A DNA stretch of 64,000 nucleotides from a virus, in IMG/VR virus record IMGVR_UViG_3300045988_119718, positions 96,001 to 160,000 of that record; one strand, given 5' to 3'. The translations under genes were made by a program, and so were the position numbers. Of this stretch, positions 26,558 to 36,651 are shown in pieces. Below the pieces are notes generated by a model that saw only the letters and a list, made by a program, of their open reading frames with translations, ran no database searches and was not told the DNA's origin. The first letter of the stretch is position 1; every line of letters starts with the position of its first letter.

Positions 26558-26734
26558 TTAGTATAACATTACGTATACCACAATTAAACTAATTAAAGAA
26601 ATTATAGAATACTTAACAGAATTTTTAAGATATTCTTTGTAGTTTTCTTTTACGCTTTGTAAAGAAATAGTCTGCCCTACAAATGTTAATACAGCAGCCA
26701 CTACAAGAAATAAAACAAACGTTAATAAAGTCAT
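26558..26734 (-). CDS. Small two-TM membrane protein (58 aa, MTLLTFVLFLVVAAVLTFVGQTISLQSVKENYKEYLKNSVKYSIISLISLIVVYVMLY); holin-like.
   Basis: Strong RBS AAGGAGAT. Two hydrophobic helices. It is below the ORF-track cutoff. Confidence 0.35.
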   Translation of the reverse strand: MTLLTFVLFLVVAAVLTFVGQTISLQSVKENYKEYLKNSVKYSIISLISLIVVYVMLY

Positions 26735-26755
26735 TTTTTATCTCCTTATTATTTT

Positions 26756-27232
26756 CTACTTAGCAATCTTAGAAGCTGATTTCTCAGCTTCTGATTCTAT
26801 TTTTGATCTATTCATAATTACATATTCTTTATCATATTTACTTTGCTGCCATTTATGAACTAATTCATGACAAAGTATTTCTTTTTGTTTATTTATAGAT
26901 AATCCTGATTTATTAAGAAAAATCTTATTAGTATTCCATATTCCACATGCATATGAAGTTCTTACTAATCTATTAGCCATATCTTTAGAAAGTTTATTTT
27001 CTATTAATATTTCTCTATATTCTTTATCTGTATTGGAATAGTATACTTCTAAATCTTCAAATTTATAATTTAAACATGACTCAGTATTTGCAATACACCA
27101 TTCAAAAATAGCTTTATCTTGTGTATTAGCATTTATTAGATTATGAGCACTTATAGATATAAATTGCAAATTTAGTAGTAGAAATACTAATAAGATAATT
27201 CTAATAATTATAAATCTCATTATTCTATCCAA
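26756..27232 (-). CDS. Secreted or membrane-anchored putative zinc metallopeptidase (158 aa) with an HExxH motif.
   Basis: N-terminal hydrophobic signal or anchor. HELVH motif (CHELVHKWQQ). Confidence 0.45.
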   Translation of the reverse strand: MDRIMRFIIIRIILLVFLLLNLQFISISAHNLINANTQDKAIFEWCIANTESCLNYKFEDLEVYYSNTDKEYREILIENKLSKDMANRLVRTSYACGIWNTNKIFLNKSGLSINKQKEILCHELVHKWQQSKYDKEYVIMNRSKIESEAEKSASKIAK

Positions 27233-28506
27233 ATCTTACCACCAGGAATATTTAAAGTGGTAGTAGCAGTTACAGTAGCTGCACTAATTCCTGTGCAAGC
27301 AGTTGGTACACCATTAGTAAAGTATACAGGTTGAGTAGTGCTACCAGCATTAGAAGTTAATTTATTAGCAGCTGCTGCATTAGCAGTCTTACCTAAGTAA
27401 GTATTTGATGCGTCTGTTTTGGTTAAATATCCACTTAAGTCTAATTTCTGTGTTCCTAGCTGTTCCCATTTACTATTTACATAGATATATTCAGTATACA
27501 GGTTTTGAGTATCATTACCTGTCTTTTTCAAATAAATAGTAGTATCAGAAATATTAGTAGTTGGTAAATCATTTACTACAGCAATAGCAAATTTAGGAAT
27601 AGAAGAAATCTGAGCATTAACTTCACCCTTAGTATAGTAATTGCTTAAAGATTGATGGGAAGTAAGTGGAGTAATGCTATTAGCACCAAGAGTAATTACA
27701 CCATTAGCAATCTTAGCATCGGTAATACCATAACCAGATAATGTAGTAGGATTAGTACCAGCAGTTACATGCCCTTGAGCATTAACTGTTACAGATTTAT
27801 ATGTACCCGCAGTTACACCAGAATTAGGGTGAGTATATACTGTGTTAGTATCTGTACTTGAAATAGTAATTACACCATTAGCATCAGATGTAACTGTAGT
27901 AGCACCAGTACCTACAATCTTATGGGAATCTCTTACAGTGCAATTATCTAATACATTAAGGTATACATTGCCATTGCTAGCAATAGCATTAGATGTAGCG
28001 GAAGCAGTTGCACCTACTTTTAAACCAGTAGTATAATGGGTAAGATGAGCAGGAGGGGTATATCCTAAAGCACCAATTACATTATCCGCAGTAAGACTAA
28101 TAGTACCTGTATCTACAGTAATATTAGAGCCTACTTTAACACCACCCTTAGTAGTGGTGTTAGCATCAGGAAGAGAATATACTGTATCTGTAAATTTAGC
28201 ATTAGCTGGTACATTGCTTAATACAGTATGACCATTTACTGTACTAGCATTACCGCCATTAGCAGGTAGCGAAGTAGGAATAGCTACTGATACACTTTTA
28301 CTACCATCATAACTAGCTGTAGAACCACCAGTAAATGAAATAGCATTAGGATTTTTAAGTGAAGTAGGAGTTCCTTTTAAATCAGAGTAATTACCAGTTG
28401 TAGCTACTTTAGATAGTGAATCTTTGGTTGCATATTTGCTATCAGAATTAGTTACCAAACGCTTCAGTGTTTCTATAGTAGCAACAGGTTTAGATAATCT
28501 TGTCAT
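27220..28506 (-). CDS. Tail-fibre protein (428 aa) with a Thr/Gly/Asn-rich shaft and C-terminal ...TLNIPGGKIWIE.
   Basis: Shares its C-terminal tip with 3840..5228. Confidence 0.55.
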   Translation of the reverse strand: MTRLSKPVATIETLKRLVTNSDSKYATKDSLSKVATTGNYSDLKGTPTSLKNPNAISFTGGSTASYDGSKSVSVAIPTSLPANGGNASTVNGHTVLSNVPANAKFTDTVYSLPDANTTTKGGVKVGSNITVDTGTISLTADNVIGALGYTPPAHLTHYTTGLKVGATASATSNAIASNGNVYLNVLDNCTVRDSHKIVGTGATTVTSDANGVITISSTDTNTVYTHPNSGVTAGTYKSVTVNAQGHVTAGTNPTTLSGYGITDAKIANGVITLGANSITPLTSHQSLSNYYTKGEVNAQISSIPKFAIAVVNDLPTTNISDTTIYLKKTGNDTQNLYTEYIYVNSKWEQLGTQKLDLSGYLTKTDASNTYLGKTANAAAANKLTSNAGSTTQPVYFTNGVPTACTGISAATVTATTTLNIPGGKIWIE

Positions 28507-28639
28507 TATTTGTTTCCTTTCTTTTATAAAAAATTAAAAGTTGAAACTTTTATAGTATTGTTATCATTATTGAGTACGCTTATAAAAACAATATAGTAAT
28601 TTTATTTCCTATATTTTTATAGAAAGAGTTGATATTGTA

Positions 28640-29326
28640 ATGAATAAGCGTACCTCTATTTCTGATATTTATTCATCATCGTTAGTCATTAATAGTAAAG
28701 AATTAGACAGAGCTTACAAGAAATTAGATAAAGACCAATTAGATTATTTTAATTCTTTTTCTAATCATATCATCACTTGTGTAAATGCTGCATCTGGTTC
28801 TGGTAAAACGTTTGTAGCTGTGTTAGCAGCATTACAAGCATTTAACCAAGGAGAAGTGAATAAGATTTACTATATTAGAATACCAGATGATAGGTCATTA
28901 AGATTAGGATATCTTCCAGGGTCTTCAGATGATAAACAGTCTATTTATACAACTCCATTCTATAATGCATGTACTAGTTTAGGATTAAGAGAAGAAGATA
29001 TAGATATAGCAAGAGATAATAATGAAATAGTTCTATGTACTGATATAGTACTTAGAGGTACTAATATCTGTAATGCATTTGTTATTATAGATGAAGCACA
29101 AAATGGTAGATTATCTGATTTAAAACTTATATTAACTAGAATATCAGATAACTGTAAAGTAGCATTAATAGGTCACTCAGCTCAGTATGATAACTTTAAA
29201 GGAACTAATGAAAAAGCTTTTGAAAAATATATAGAGCATTTAACTAAGAAATCATGGGCTATAGAATGTAAACTTACTAAAAATTATAGAGGTAAACTTT
29301 CTTCATGGGCTGATGAATTATATTGA
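28640..29326 (+). CDS. phoH: PhoH-like P-loop ATPase.
   Basis: Walker A GSGKTF. Walker B / PhoH signature VIIDEAQN ... LIGHSAQYD. Confidence 0.65.
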   Translation: MNKRTSISDIYSSSLVINSKELDRAYKKLDKDQLDYFNSFSNHIITCVNAASGSGKTFVAVLAALQAFNQGEVNKIYYIRIPDDRSLRLGYLPGSSDDKQSIYTTPFYNACTSLGLREEDIDIARDNNEIVLCTDIVLRGTNICNAFVIIDEAQNGRLSDLKLILTRISDNCKVALIGHSAQYDNFKGTNEKAFEKYIEHLTKKSWAIECKLTKNYRGKLSSWADELY

Positions 29327-29344
29327 TAGAAAGAAGGAATATAG

Positions 29345-30418
29345 ATGGATCAAAACTCTACAGATTGGCGTTCACAACAATTCTTTGTTACTAAGAATGG
29401 TAAAAAAGAATTAATACATATAGAAACTGATACTAAAAATATTGTAGACTTCTATACAGGAGTAATAGCAATTATTAATAAATTAAAAGGCATAGCTAAT
29501 GGCTTAGCTACATTGGATGCAAATGGTCATGTACCGCAAGACCAATTAAACAATATTGAACAGCAATTAAAAGATTTAGAGAAAAAACTCACCAATCTTA
29601 TCAATAACAACAATACTAAGCTAAATACAGATTTAGCAAATGCAGTTAAAGAATTAAAAGGCTTAATATCTGCATTAGATGCAAAGTCTGATGGAGCTTA
29701 TGTTAAAAAAGTAGGGGATACAATGACTGGTTCATTAACATCCACTGTACAATCCACTACTTGGGTTAATGGTATGAAAAATGCGGCTTTAAATTGTAAC
29801 TTTAGTTCTTATTCTGCTATAGCTAATTCTCCTTCTAAAAATGGTAGATTTTCTATTTCTTCTTATCCTGACCAAAATAATAATTTCTATATTTCTTATA
29901 TGACGCAGGATAAAATAAATGCTGATACTAATGCTACTGATAAGCAATTAATTTGGAGTGGTGATACTGGTGTATTGACTTGTACTAAAGTAGTCAATTC
30001 AGTATATAACGACTATGCCGAATTATTCCCTAAAGGTGAAGAAACTGAACCAGGGGATTTAATTGTATTAGACTTAGATTCTAAAGAAGAAAAGTATGTT
30101 AAATCTAGTGCTAAAAATACTAGAGTAGTGGGTGTTCATTCAGATGAATATGCTCAACTTATTGGTGGAGATAATGTTTCATTAGAAGAAAATCTTAAAA
30201 ACTATATTCCTGTATCTTTAGCAGGACGTATTAGGGTTAAATTTATTGGTATATCAAAAAAGAATGAATATGTAGTAGCTGATACTCATAATCCTGGTGT
30301 AGCTAGATTATATTATAAGGATTTAAATAAACCAGAAGATATTATTGGAATACTTGTAGAGGAAGATTCTAATACCAATCCAAATGAAATTAGAAGATTA
30401 AAAATAAAACTTAAATAA
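29345..30418 (+). CDS. Tail-fibre-like protein (357 aa) with an N-terminal coiled coil and the conserved C-terminal domain shared with 1850..3838.
   Basis: C-terminus YNDYAELFPKGEETEPGDLIVLDL...HSDEYAQLIGG...EENLKNYIPVSLAGRIRVK. Confidence 0.5.
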   Translation: MDQNSTDWRSQQFFVTKNGKKELIHIETDTKNIVDFYTGVIAIINKLKGIANGLATLDANGHVPQDQLNNIEQQLKDLEKKLTNLINNNNTKLNTDLANAVKELKGLISALDAKSDGAYVKKVGDTMTGSLTSTVQSTTWVNGMKNAALNCNFSSYSAIANSPSKNGRFSISSYPDQNNNFYISYMTQDKINADTNATDKQLIWSGDTGVLTCTKVVNSVYNDYAELFPKGEETEPGDLIVLDLDSKEEKYVKSSAKNTRVVGVHSDEYAQLIGGDNVSLEENLKNYIPVSLAGRIRVKFIGISKKNEYVVADTHNPGVARLYYKDLNKPEDIIGILVEEDSNTNPNEIRRLKIKLK

Positions 30419-30420
30419 AA

Positions 30421-30458
30421 AAAATAAAGGTCTAGGCTATTTAGTCTAGACCTTTACT
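30421..30458. terminator. Bidirectional terminator.
   Basis: Hairpin AAAGGTCTAGGCTATTTAGTCTAGACCTTT between convergent genes. Confidence 0.5.
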
Positions 30459-30459
30459 A

Positions 30460-31248
30460 TTACTTCTTTTTCTTATTGTTATCAATTCTTACATACTGTA
30501 AAACTGAAATGAATACAATAGTAAGAATTGCAGAAGCAACAACCATTGGATAGCATTTAGTAATTCCATTGTAATATACTTCTGTTGCTATAATAGCAGC
30601 AGTTGCAATGAATACTAAAACACAAAGCACATTATAAAAGAAATCATTGTTGCACAAGAACAATTTCATTGGAATGGTAGTAGCAGGCTTTCTTTTGCTA
30701 ACCTTTTCTTTAGATGTAGTTCTTTTATAATTAGCTTCCGATTCTACAGCAGGATAGAGTTCTTCCTTATAGAAACTAATATTAACTATTCTAGATAATT
30801 TCTTTTTCTCATCTAAAGAAGAATAAACTGCTTTAGCTTCAGCAGTTGCAATATTGTAAGAAATCTTGTTAGATTTATTAGATACAAACAAAATATTCTT
30901 CATTAGTGTATCAATATCAGAAATAGTACTATCAGTTCTTTCCGCAATAACTAAGTAATCAATCTTTTCCAGATTGATATGCTTTAGCTTTTCAATATCT
31001 TCAATAGAGATATATGAATTGGTTGGAATAAACTTATTGCTAACAACTTTATCATTTTTAGCTGAATGATACAGAGAAATAATATATACAATAGATGGAT
31101 AACTCATAAGCATCTTAGCAGAAGTACCAAATTGTGTATCTGCAAAGATTAAAGAGTTATTCGCATTAATCTTAGTCTTATGGATAAGATTATAGTTGTA
31201 AAAGCTTAAAAAATCTACAATACTATTTTCGAGTAATTTAATATGCAT
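30460..31248 (-). CDS. Hypothetical protein (262 aa) with C-terminal transmembrane helices.
   Basis: Hydrophobic C-terminus (VLCVLVFIATAAIIATEVYY...VVASAILTIVFISVL). Confidence 0.4.
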   Translation of the reverse strand: MHIKLLENSIVDFLSFYNYNLIHKTKINANNSLIFADTQFGTSAKMLMSYPSIVYIISLYHSAKNDKVVSNKFIPTNSYISIEDIEKLKHINLEKIDYLVIAERTDSTISDIDTLMKNILFVSNKSNKISYNIATAEAKAVYSSLDEKKKLSRIVNISFYKEELYPAVESEANYKRTTSKEKVSKRKPATTIPMKLFLCNNDFFYNVLCVLVFIATAAIIATEVYYNGITKCYPMVVASAILTIVFISVLQYVRIDNNKKKK

Positions 31249-31280
31249 AATTTACCTCGTTTCGTATATAAATATCATCA

Positions 31281-31868
31281 TCAGTTGGTTTTAGCATGAC
31301 TCTTCTCTTCTTTAATAATCTCCTCTGTTTTTTTAGTATAAGCAGCATTATCATTTTTAATGAGTTTATCTATAGTTTCTGGAGAGATATTAAAACTAAG
31401 ATAAATAGAGTTTTTTTCTCTAATTACCTTTACATAAACAGAATTCTTATAAAAGCAAAAATAGCGATTATTGTCAATACCGATATTATACATGCTATTT
31501 GGCAGCAAAATAAAAGTATTATTTTGTGTAGTACCATTATCAGTACCAAATTCTTTAGAGATTAGTTTCTCGTAATGAGATCCATCATAAGAAGGGCTGG
31601 TAGTGTCTAATGCTTTAACAAAACGAATTTTGTTAGTATTACTTTTAAGTTTATAAGCCATTATACAGTCTTTAATCCATGCCAGCTGATATAATACTTC
31701 TAAACTAGTAGTTTCAAAATAACAATATTCTCCATCAACTTCTAACTCAACTGTAGCTTTATCTTTCTTAGACTTCATATACTCAGTAATACGAAAATCA
31801 GTAATTCTAATATCCTTACCTACCAATTCTCTCATCGTAACTTTTTTCATAATAACTTCTCCTTTCAA
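31281..31868 (-). CDS. Hypothetical protein (195 aa).
   Basis: ORF only. Confidence 0.4.
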   Translation of the reverse strand: MKGEVIMKKVTMRELVGKDIRITDFRITEYMKSKKDKATVELEVDGEYCYFETTSLEVLYQLAWIKDCIMAYKLKSNTNKIRFVKALDTTSPSYDGSHYEKLISKEFGTDNGTTQNNTFILLPNSMYNIGIDNNRYFCFYKNSVYVKVIREKNSIYLSFNISPETIDKLIKNDNAAYTKKTEEIIKEEKSHAKTN

Positions 31869-31979
31869 AATAAATAATATATTAAATCTGTCATAAATAT
31901 AGTATATCTTTAAAAATGAATTTGTAATTATCTATTTTAACTTTATTATAAGTATAATATTTCATATAGGAGGTTTATT

Positions 31980-32618
31980 ATGAAATGGAAACACTCAAAA
32001 ACTTTATTAAAAGTATCCCTAGGCGTATTATTACTATTACCATTATCTGCCTCATCATCATTGGCATCGGATGGTACTACACAAACAACGTCAACTATGA
32101 TGATAGCACAACAGTTAGAGATGAAATTAAATCAGCAGAGTCAACAGTTGATACAGTTCAAGGAGAGGTATCAGACTCTCTTGACACAATTCGAGATGCT
32201 GGAAGCACAGCTACAAGCATCGCAAACACAAATAGAGAATTACAAGCAGAAGGACACAGAACAGCAGAAGGAATTTCAAAACTTGGTGAATCAATACAAT
32301 CAGCTAAAGGAACAGTTGATAGTATGGGAGACAGTATATCAAGAATTGACCAACTCCAATCAGACAAGTCAGAACTTATTGACTCAGCAACAAAGTCAAA
32401 TAACGACGCTTCAATCACTGCTGAAAACATCAGAGAAGAGCTTGCAGCAAGCAAATCTGAACTTGATCAACTTACAACTACAGATGAAGAAATTAGAGGA
32501 CTCCTTCAACAGCTACGTGAAACATGCAAAGAGAACTGAACGTAGATTAAAAAGACAAAAAGTTACAACTGGTATTGTAGCTGGTTTATTTGGATACGAA
32601 GTGGGTAAACATATATGA
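31980..32618 (+). CDS. Signal-peptide protein (212 aa) with a Gln/Leu-rich coiled coil. It overlaps an alternative +1-frame ORF.
   Basis: N-terminal signal MKWKHSKTLLKVSLGVLLLLPLSASS. It has no Cys. RBS GGAGG. Confidence 0.35.
   Translation: MKWKHSKTLLKVSLGVLLLLPLSASSSLASDGTTQTTSTMMIAQQLEMKLNQQSQQLIQFKERYQTLLTQFEMLEAQLQASQTQIENYKQKDTEQQKEFQNLVNQYNQLKEQLIVWETVYQELTNSNQTSQNLLTQQQSQITTLQSLLKTSEKSLQQANLNLINLQLQMKKLEDSFNSYVKHAKRTERRLKRQKVTTGIVAGLFGYEVGKHI
31985..32539 (+). CDS. Alternative-frame ORF (184 aa) with an N-terminal TM anchor plus coiled coil. It is fully embedded in 31980..32618.
   Basis: TM segment IITITIICLIIIGIGWYY followed by Ser/Thr/Asp/Glu-rich coiled coil. Which frame is expressed cannot be decided from the sequence alone. 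Confidence 0.3.
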   Translation: METLKNFIKSIPRRIITITIICLIIIGIGWYYTNNVNYDDSTTVRDEIKSAESTVDTVQGEVSDSLDTIRDAGSTATSIANTNRELQAEGHRTAEGISKLGESIQSAKGTVDSMGDSISRIDQLQSDKSELIDSATKSNNDASITAENIREELAASKSELDQLTTTDEEIRGLLQQLRETCKEN

Positions 32619-33136
32619 GTACAGAAATTATAAACAAAGCTTTATATAGCTTTCCTGTAAAAAATGATTGTACTATTACCCCTATAGTAAAACCTATACC
32701 AACCTTTCAAACTTTAGAATGGCCATTATCTATGCATACTGATATGGATGGTAATAATACATATTTATTTCAAAAAAGCTATGATATAATATTCCCTACT
32801 TGGTGCGAATACGTAAAAATAGAGATGCCTATAATAAAAATAAATGGAGTTGATACTCCATTAAGCACTATTAGTATTACATCAGATTCTAATGTAGTAT
32901 GGTTTGATAATATAACAGAAACAAATAAATTAGTATCTTATGTTAGAGTAACCAGTTATATCGAAAGACCTGATTCTAATAATGTCAATGTTCAATATTC
33001 GTTGATGATTAGTCCTATATCTATTCTTTCTTCTGATAAATATACTATAAAATTTACTATAGGAAATGATATTAACACATATTGTAGAACTAGTCTTTCT
33101 AGTAAAGATATAATCTCAGATATCAAAAATGCATAA
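32615..33136 (+). CDS. Hypothetical protein (173 aa).
   Basis: ORF only. Confidence 0.4.
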   Translation: MSTEIINKALYSFPVKNDCTITPIVKPIPTFQTLEWPLSMHTDMDGNNTYLFQKSYDIIFPTWCEYVKIEMPIIKINGVDTPLSTISITSDSNVVWFDNITETNKLVSYVRVTSYIERPDSNNVNVQYSLMISPISILSSDKYTIKFTIGNDINTYCRTSLSSKDIISDIKNA

Positions 33137-33140
33137 AATA

Positions 33141-33172
33141 TTAGACTAGCTCTTTAATAGAGCTAGTCTAAT
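33141..33172. terminator. Bidirectional terminator.
   Basis: Hairpin TTAGACTAGCTCTTTAATAGAGCTAGTCTAA. Confidence 0.5.
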
Positions 33173-33243
33173 AAGTTGTTGTTAATGTCTTTGATTGAGT
33201 ATATTGCTTCTCTATTTATAGTAGTTTTAAAAATGATTGATTA

Positions 33244-33642
33244 TTAATTCAAAGTAAGGTATTTATAACCTGGATGGAGTTTAGAATTACGCTGTACTAC
33301 TGTAGCTTTGCAAGGGAATACAAGGTTATCACCTTTGTTTTCGATTGCAGAACGAATACCAGAAGAGCCTGTAGAAGTATAGCATTCTTCACCATTTTCA
33401 TCAGTGTATTCAAGAACAAGATATTCTTTATTATCGCCGTAGTTAGACTTTCTATAGTTTACTGCGGTAATAGTAATCGGCTGATCAATAATTTCATCAA
33501 TACGATTTTTCTTCTTATTGTTGTAATTTTTGTTCTGCTGAGCTGGTTCACTACCATCTTTGTTTTTAAAGCTAGAGAAGCTTGGAATAGAAGAAGTTGT
33601 AGTAGTTTCGTTAGAATTATTGAAGTTAAAATTTTCGCTCAT
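33244..33642 (-). CDS. Hypothetical protein (132 aa) with a low-complexity N-terminus.
   Basis: ORF only. Confidence 0.4.
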   Translation of the reverse strand: MSENFNFNNSNETTTTSSIPSFSSFKNKDGSEPAQQNKNYNNKKKNRIDEIIDQPITITAVNYRKSNYGDNKEYLVLEYTDENGEECYTSTGSSGIRSAIENKGDNLVFPCKATVVQRNSKLHPGYKYLTLN

Positions 33643-33735
33643 AATTAAGCACCTAGTTACCTTTCATTTTAAGAGATATAAATATTAGTGTATAAAAAGT
33701 ACTATAAATAGATTACATATAAGTTGTACTATAAA

Positions 33736-36573
33736 TCATTTTTTATTTTTATACTCTATCTCATAATGATCGAAATAGTAACCAGCTTTAGGCTTAGTTG
33801 AGATATTAGCTATTCTATTTCTGATAATAGAATACTTAGTATCAGATACTTTATCTACATTAGTTACGTCTATCTTAGCTTCATTAGCTTCAGAATTATC
33901 TATAGTAATATATACAACATCTGGAACAACTTTAGTAGCACCTATAGTAATATCCTCTGTAACTTGAATAGAAGATACTATATCATGCTTAACTCCATCT
34001 TTACCATAATAATACAAGCTACCAGCTATATAACCATCTTTAATAGATTTAACCGATACTCTGCAATATTTATTATAACCAATAGTAAATTTATTAATAC
34101 CTTTGCTATTAGTTCTAGGAATACCTTCAGCAGTAACTGTAATCAATTCATCTATGGTAGCTTCAATGGTAATATTATATCTTATATCAGTAATCTTAGT
34201 AGAATATATTATAGTATCTTCAGTTACATCTGCTTCAGTTATATTCAATACCCCTTTATTAAACCCTTCTGCAATATAAGTTATTTCAGCTCTTATATGA
34301 GGATATCTAGAGTTTACTACAAATGAGGCTGTATGCGATTCTTCTACACCATCCTTTAAATTATAGACAGTAATAATCTGATTTTGTACCTGATTAATAA
34401 TTACATTGTATTCTTTATAAGATGCAGGAGTAGCAGTTAAAGTAGTATTGCTAGTAATAACTGCTTTAGTAACACTAGGTGTACCTGGAGTATATTTATA
34501 CTTTCCATCTATAGCTTCAGTTCTTACTGTAATTAATGAATACTCAGGTACTTCAAAAGATTCAGTATAAGTTTTACCATTACATTCTACTATAATTCTC
34601 TGATTTGTGTATTTAGTTATATTTACTTTATAAATAGGGATATTAGAGTAGTCTATATCTAAAGAACGTTCTTTATGGGTTAGTATTAATCCATTATTTT
34701 CTTTTCTAATAAGTTCGTTTAATTCATTCATTCCATCAGTATCGAATTCAAAATAATGAGCATAGAAGTCATCTACATTATTGTTTGATAATATCATATC
34801 ATTCAAACCTTCATATTTAACATCTACGACTCTATTTATATTTAGATATGAATCTATAAACTTACTTACTATCTTTTCAGCGTTAATATTTACAGTACAA
34901 TTTAAATCCTTAGATATAATTCTTCTTTTATCTACAGTATAAAAGTCATATAAACTTTTATAACCTTTTGGAATTTTACTATCAAACTTAGATTCTCCAA
35001 AATTAAATGTGCCTGTTACTTTATTATTAAATACACCTTCATCGTGTATAAAGAAATATGGATATTGTATTTTACCATTATCATCTTTATTAAAATCAGA
35101 GAAGTCTATATTCTCTTTGGTGTACTTTAAATTTAGAGAAGCTAGTTTAATACCTTCTATATAAATATCCATAAGATTATTACCTAAATCTAAAGCTACT
35201 CCTATAGTATTCCCTTGTTCTGGAGATATAGAAGTTTCTACATTCTCTAGATAATGTAAATCGTTCTTATCAGAATTTTGCGTAGAATGTCTTACTAAAT
35301 GAAATAAATAAAATCCACCAGAATTATCCAATCCATTAGGAATAAAACAATTACCTCTATATAGATTTACTCTAATAGATTCAGTCATTATAGTATTAGG
35401 ATTAGTAACTTTTTCTTGACTAGGTTCACCTACTAAAGGAACACTAGTTATACCCATAGCAATAGGTATACCTACTATTCTATCCTTTAATTCCCCTTCT
35501 TTAACTGTATATTCAAAGTATACTTTATCTGTAGTAGGTATAGGATAATTTATATATACATTACCACCTACTTTATAAGAGTTCGTAATACCATACTTAT
35601 TATCTTCACCTGTTTCAAAATCATAATCAGCTTTGATATAAGTATTAGCATTCATATTATATTTATTACTTTTAGTAGTAATAAATTCTGGATCATCTGT
35701 TACTAAAGTTAAATTATCTGTATCTGGTTCTAATTCATTTTCTACAGATAATTCTCCATCCCATTGGATACTATAGGGGTTAAATATATCACCACTTATA
35801 TAAACATAGCATGGATTATCATCTGACCCTAATTCTGCATGTATTTCTTGGTCAGCCATACGTTCATAATATGCTTTATATAATGAATCATATCCTGGTA
35901 CTGGATGGGTTAATCCATTCTTACCAAAATTTACATATCCTGAAATATGTTTTAAATCATCCATAGAAGCTATTCTAAAATTATAATCTTCTTCTATATA
36001 TTTATAATTTATATTACTATATATACAAAAATACATATTAGGTTGTTCAGCTAAGTTAAATGGAGGTGTATATGAATAAAATGGTTTATCATATTCTCCA
36101 TCATAAGGATACTCATTGTTATAGTTTACAAACAGTTTAATTTTATTAGTATGATAATCTACTGCTACTCCTATAGTGTCTCCGATACCAGGTTTTCTTG
36201 TTCCTATAACACTATTACCATCAGCATCTATGCTGCTACCATCTATATACAGTACATTATCTGGTATTTCATTAGACAGTATTTCATATCTAGGGTCAGT
36301 TACATCATAGAATAAAGATGATATAGCATAATCTGCTATTAATACACCCAATGAAGGCTCTCTACTAATTCCTACATATAACGGAATGTGTTGTATTTTA
36401 TTTATAGGGTAATAATCAGTTATATTTATTTCAAACATTGTTTTATTTTTAATAGGGAGATTAGCTATTAAAAAGAATGGTTTATCATAATCAAAGTGTA
36501 ACCCATCACTAGATAAAACATTATCTAATGGAGAGCTATTTAAATCATATGACTTCATTAATATATTATTCAT
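33736..36573 (-). CDS. Large structural protein (945 aa) with C-terminal tandem divergent copies of the repeat module; a baseplate or fibre candidate.
   Basis: C-terminal NQIITVYNLKDGVEESHTASFVVNS...AEITYIAEGFNKG and further degenerate copies. Confidence 0.5.
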   Translation of the reverse strand: MNNILMKSYDLNSSPLDNVLSSDGLHFDYDKPFFLIANLPIKNKTMFEINITDYYPINKIQHIPLYVGISREPSLGVLIADYAISSLFYDVTDPRYEILSNEIPDNVLYIDGSSIDADGNSVIGTRKPGIGDTIGVAVDYHTNKIKLFVNYNNEYPYDGEYDKPFYSYTPPFNLAEQPNMYFCIYSNINYKYIEEDYNFRIASMDDLKHISGYVNFGKNGLTHPVPGYDSLYKAYYERMADQEIHAELGSDDNPCYVYISGDIFNPYSIQWDGELSVENELEPDTDNLTLVTDDPEFITTKSNKYNMNANTYIKADYDFETGEDNKYGITNSYKVGGNVYINYPIPTTDKVYFEYTVKEGELKDRIVGIPIAMGITSVPLVGEPSQEKVTNPNTIMTESIRVNLYRGNCFIPNGLDNSGGFYLFHLVRHSTQNSDKNDLHYLENVETSISPEQGNTIGVALDLGNNLMDIYIEGIKLASLNLKYTKENIDFSDFNKDDNGKIQYPYFFIHDEGVFNNKVTGTFNFGESKFDSKIPKGYKSLYDFYTVDKRRIISKDLNCTVNINAEKIVSKFIDSYLNINRVVDVKYEGLNDMILSNNNVDDFYAHYFEFDTDGMNELNELIRKENNGLILTHKERSLDIDYSNIPIYKVNITKYTNQRIIVECNGKTYTESFEVPEYSLITVRTEAIDGKYKYTPGTPSVTKAVITSNTTLTATPASYKEYNVIINQVQNQIITVYNLKDGVEESHTASFVVNSRYPHIRAEITYIAEGFNKGVLNITEADVTEDTIIYSTKITDIRYNITIEATIDELITVTAEGIPRTNSKGINKFTIGYNKYCRVSVKSIKDGYIAGSLYYYGKDGVKHDIVSSIQVTEDITIGATKVVPDVVYITIDNSEANEAKIDVTNVDKVSDTKYSIIRNRIANISTKPKAGYYFDHYEIEYKNKK

Positions 36574-36610
36574 TCGATACCCTCCTTTTTAAGATAATGT
36601 TAAAATACGC

Positions 36611-36640
36611 AATATAACCATGTATGGTTATCCATACATG
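36611..36640 (-). terminator. Terminator hairpin AACCATGTATGGTTATCCATACATGGTT.
   Basis: Inverted repeat 3' of the minus-strand gene 36652..37812. Confidence 0.4.
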
Positions 36641-36651
36641 GTTAATGCACA

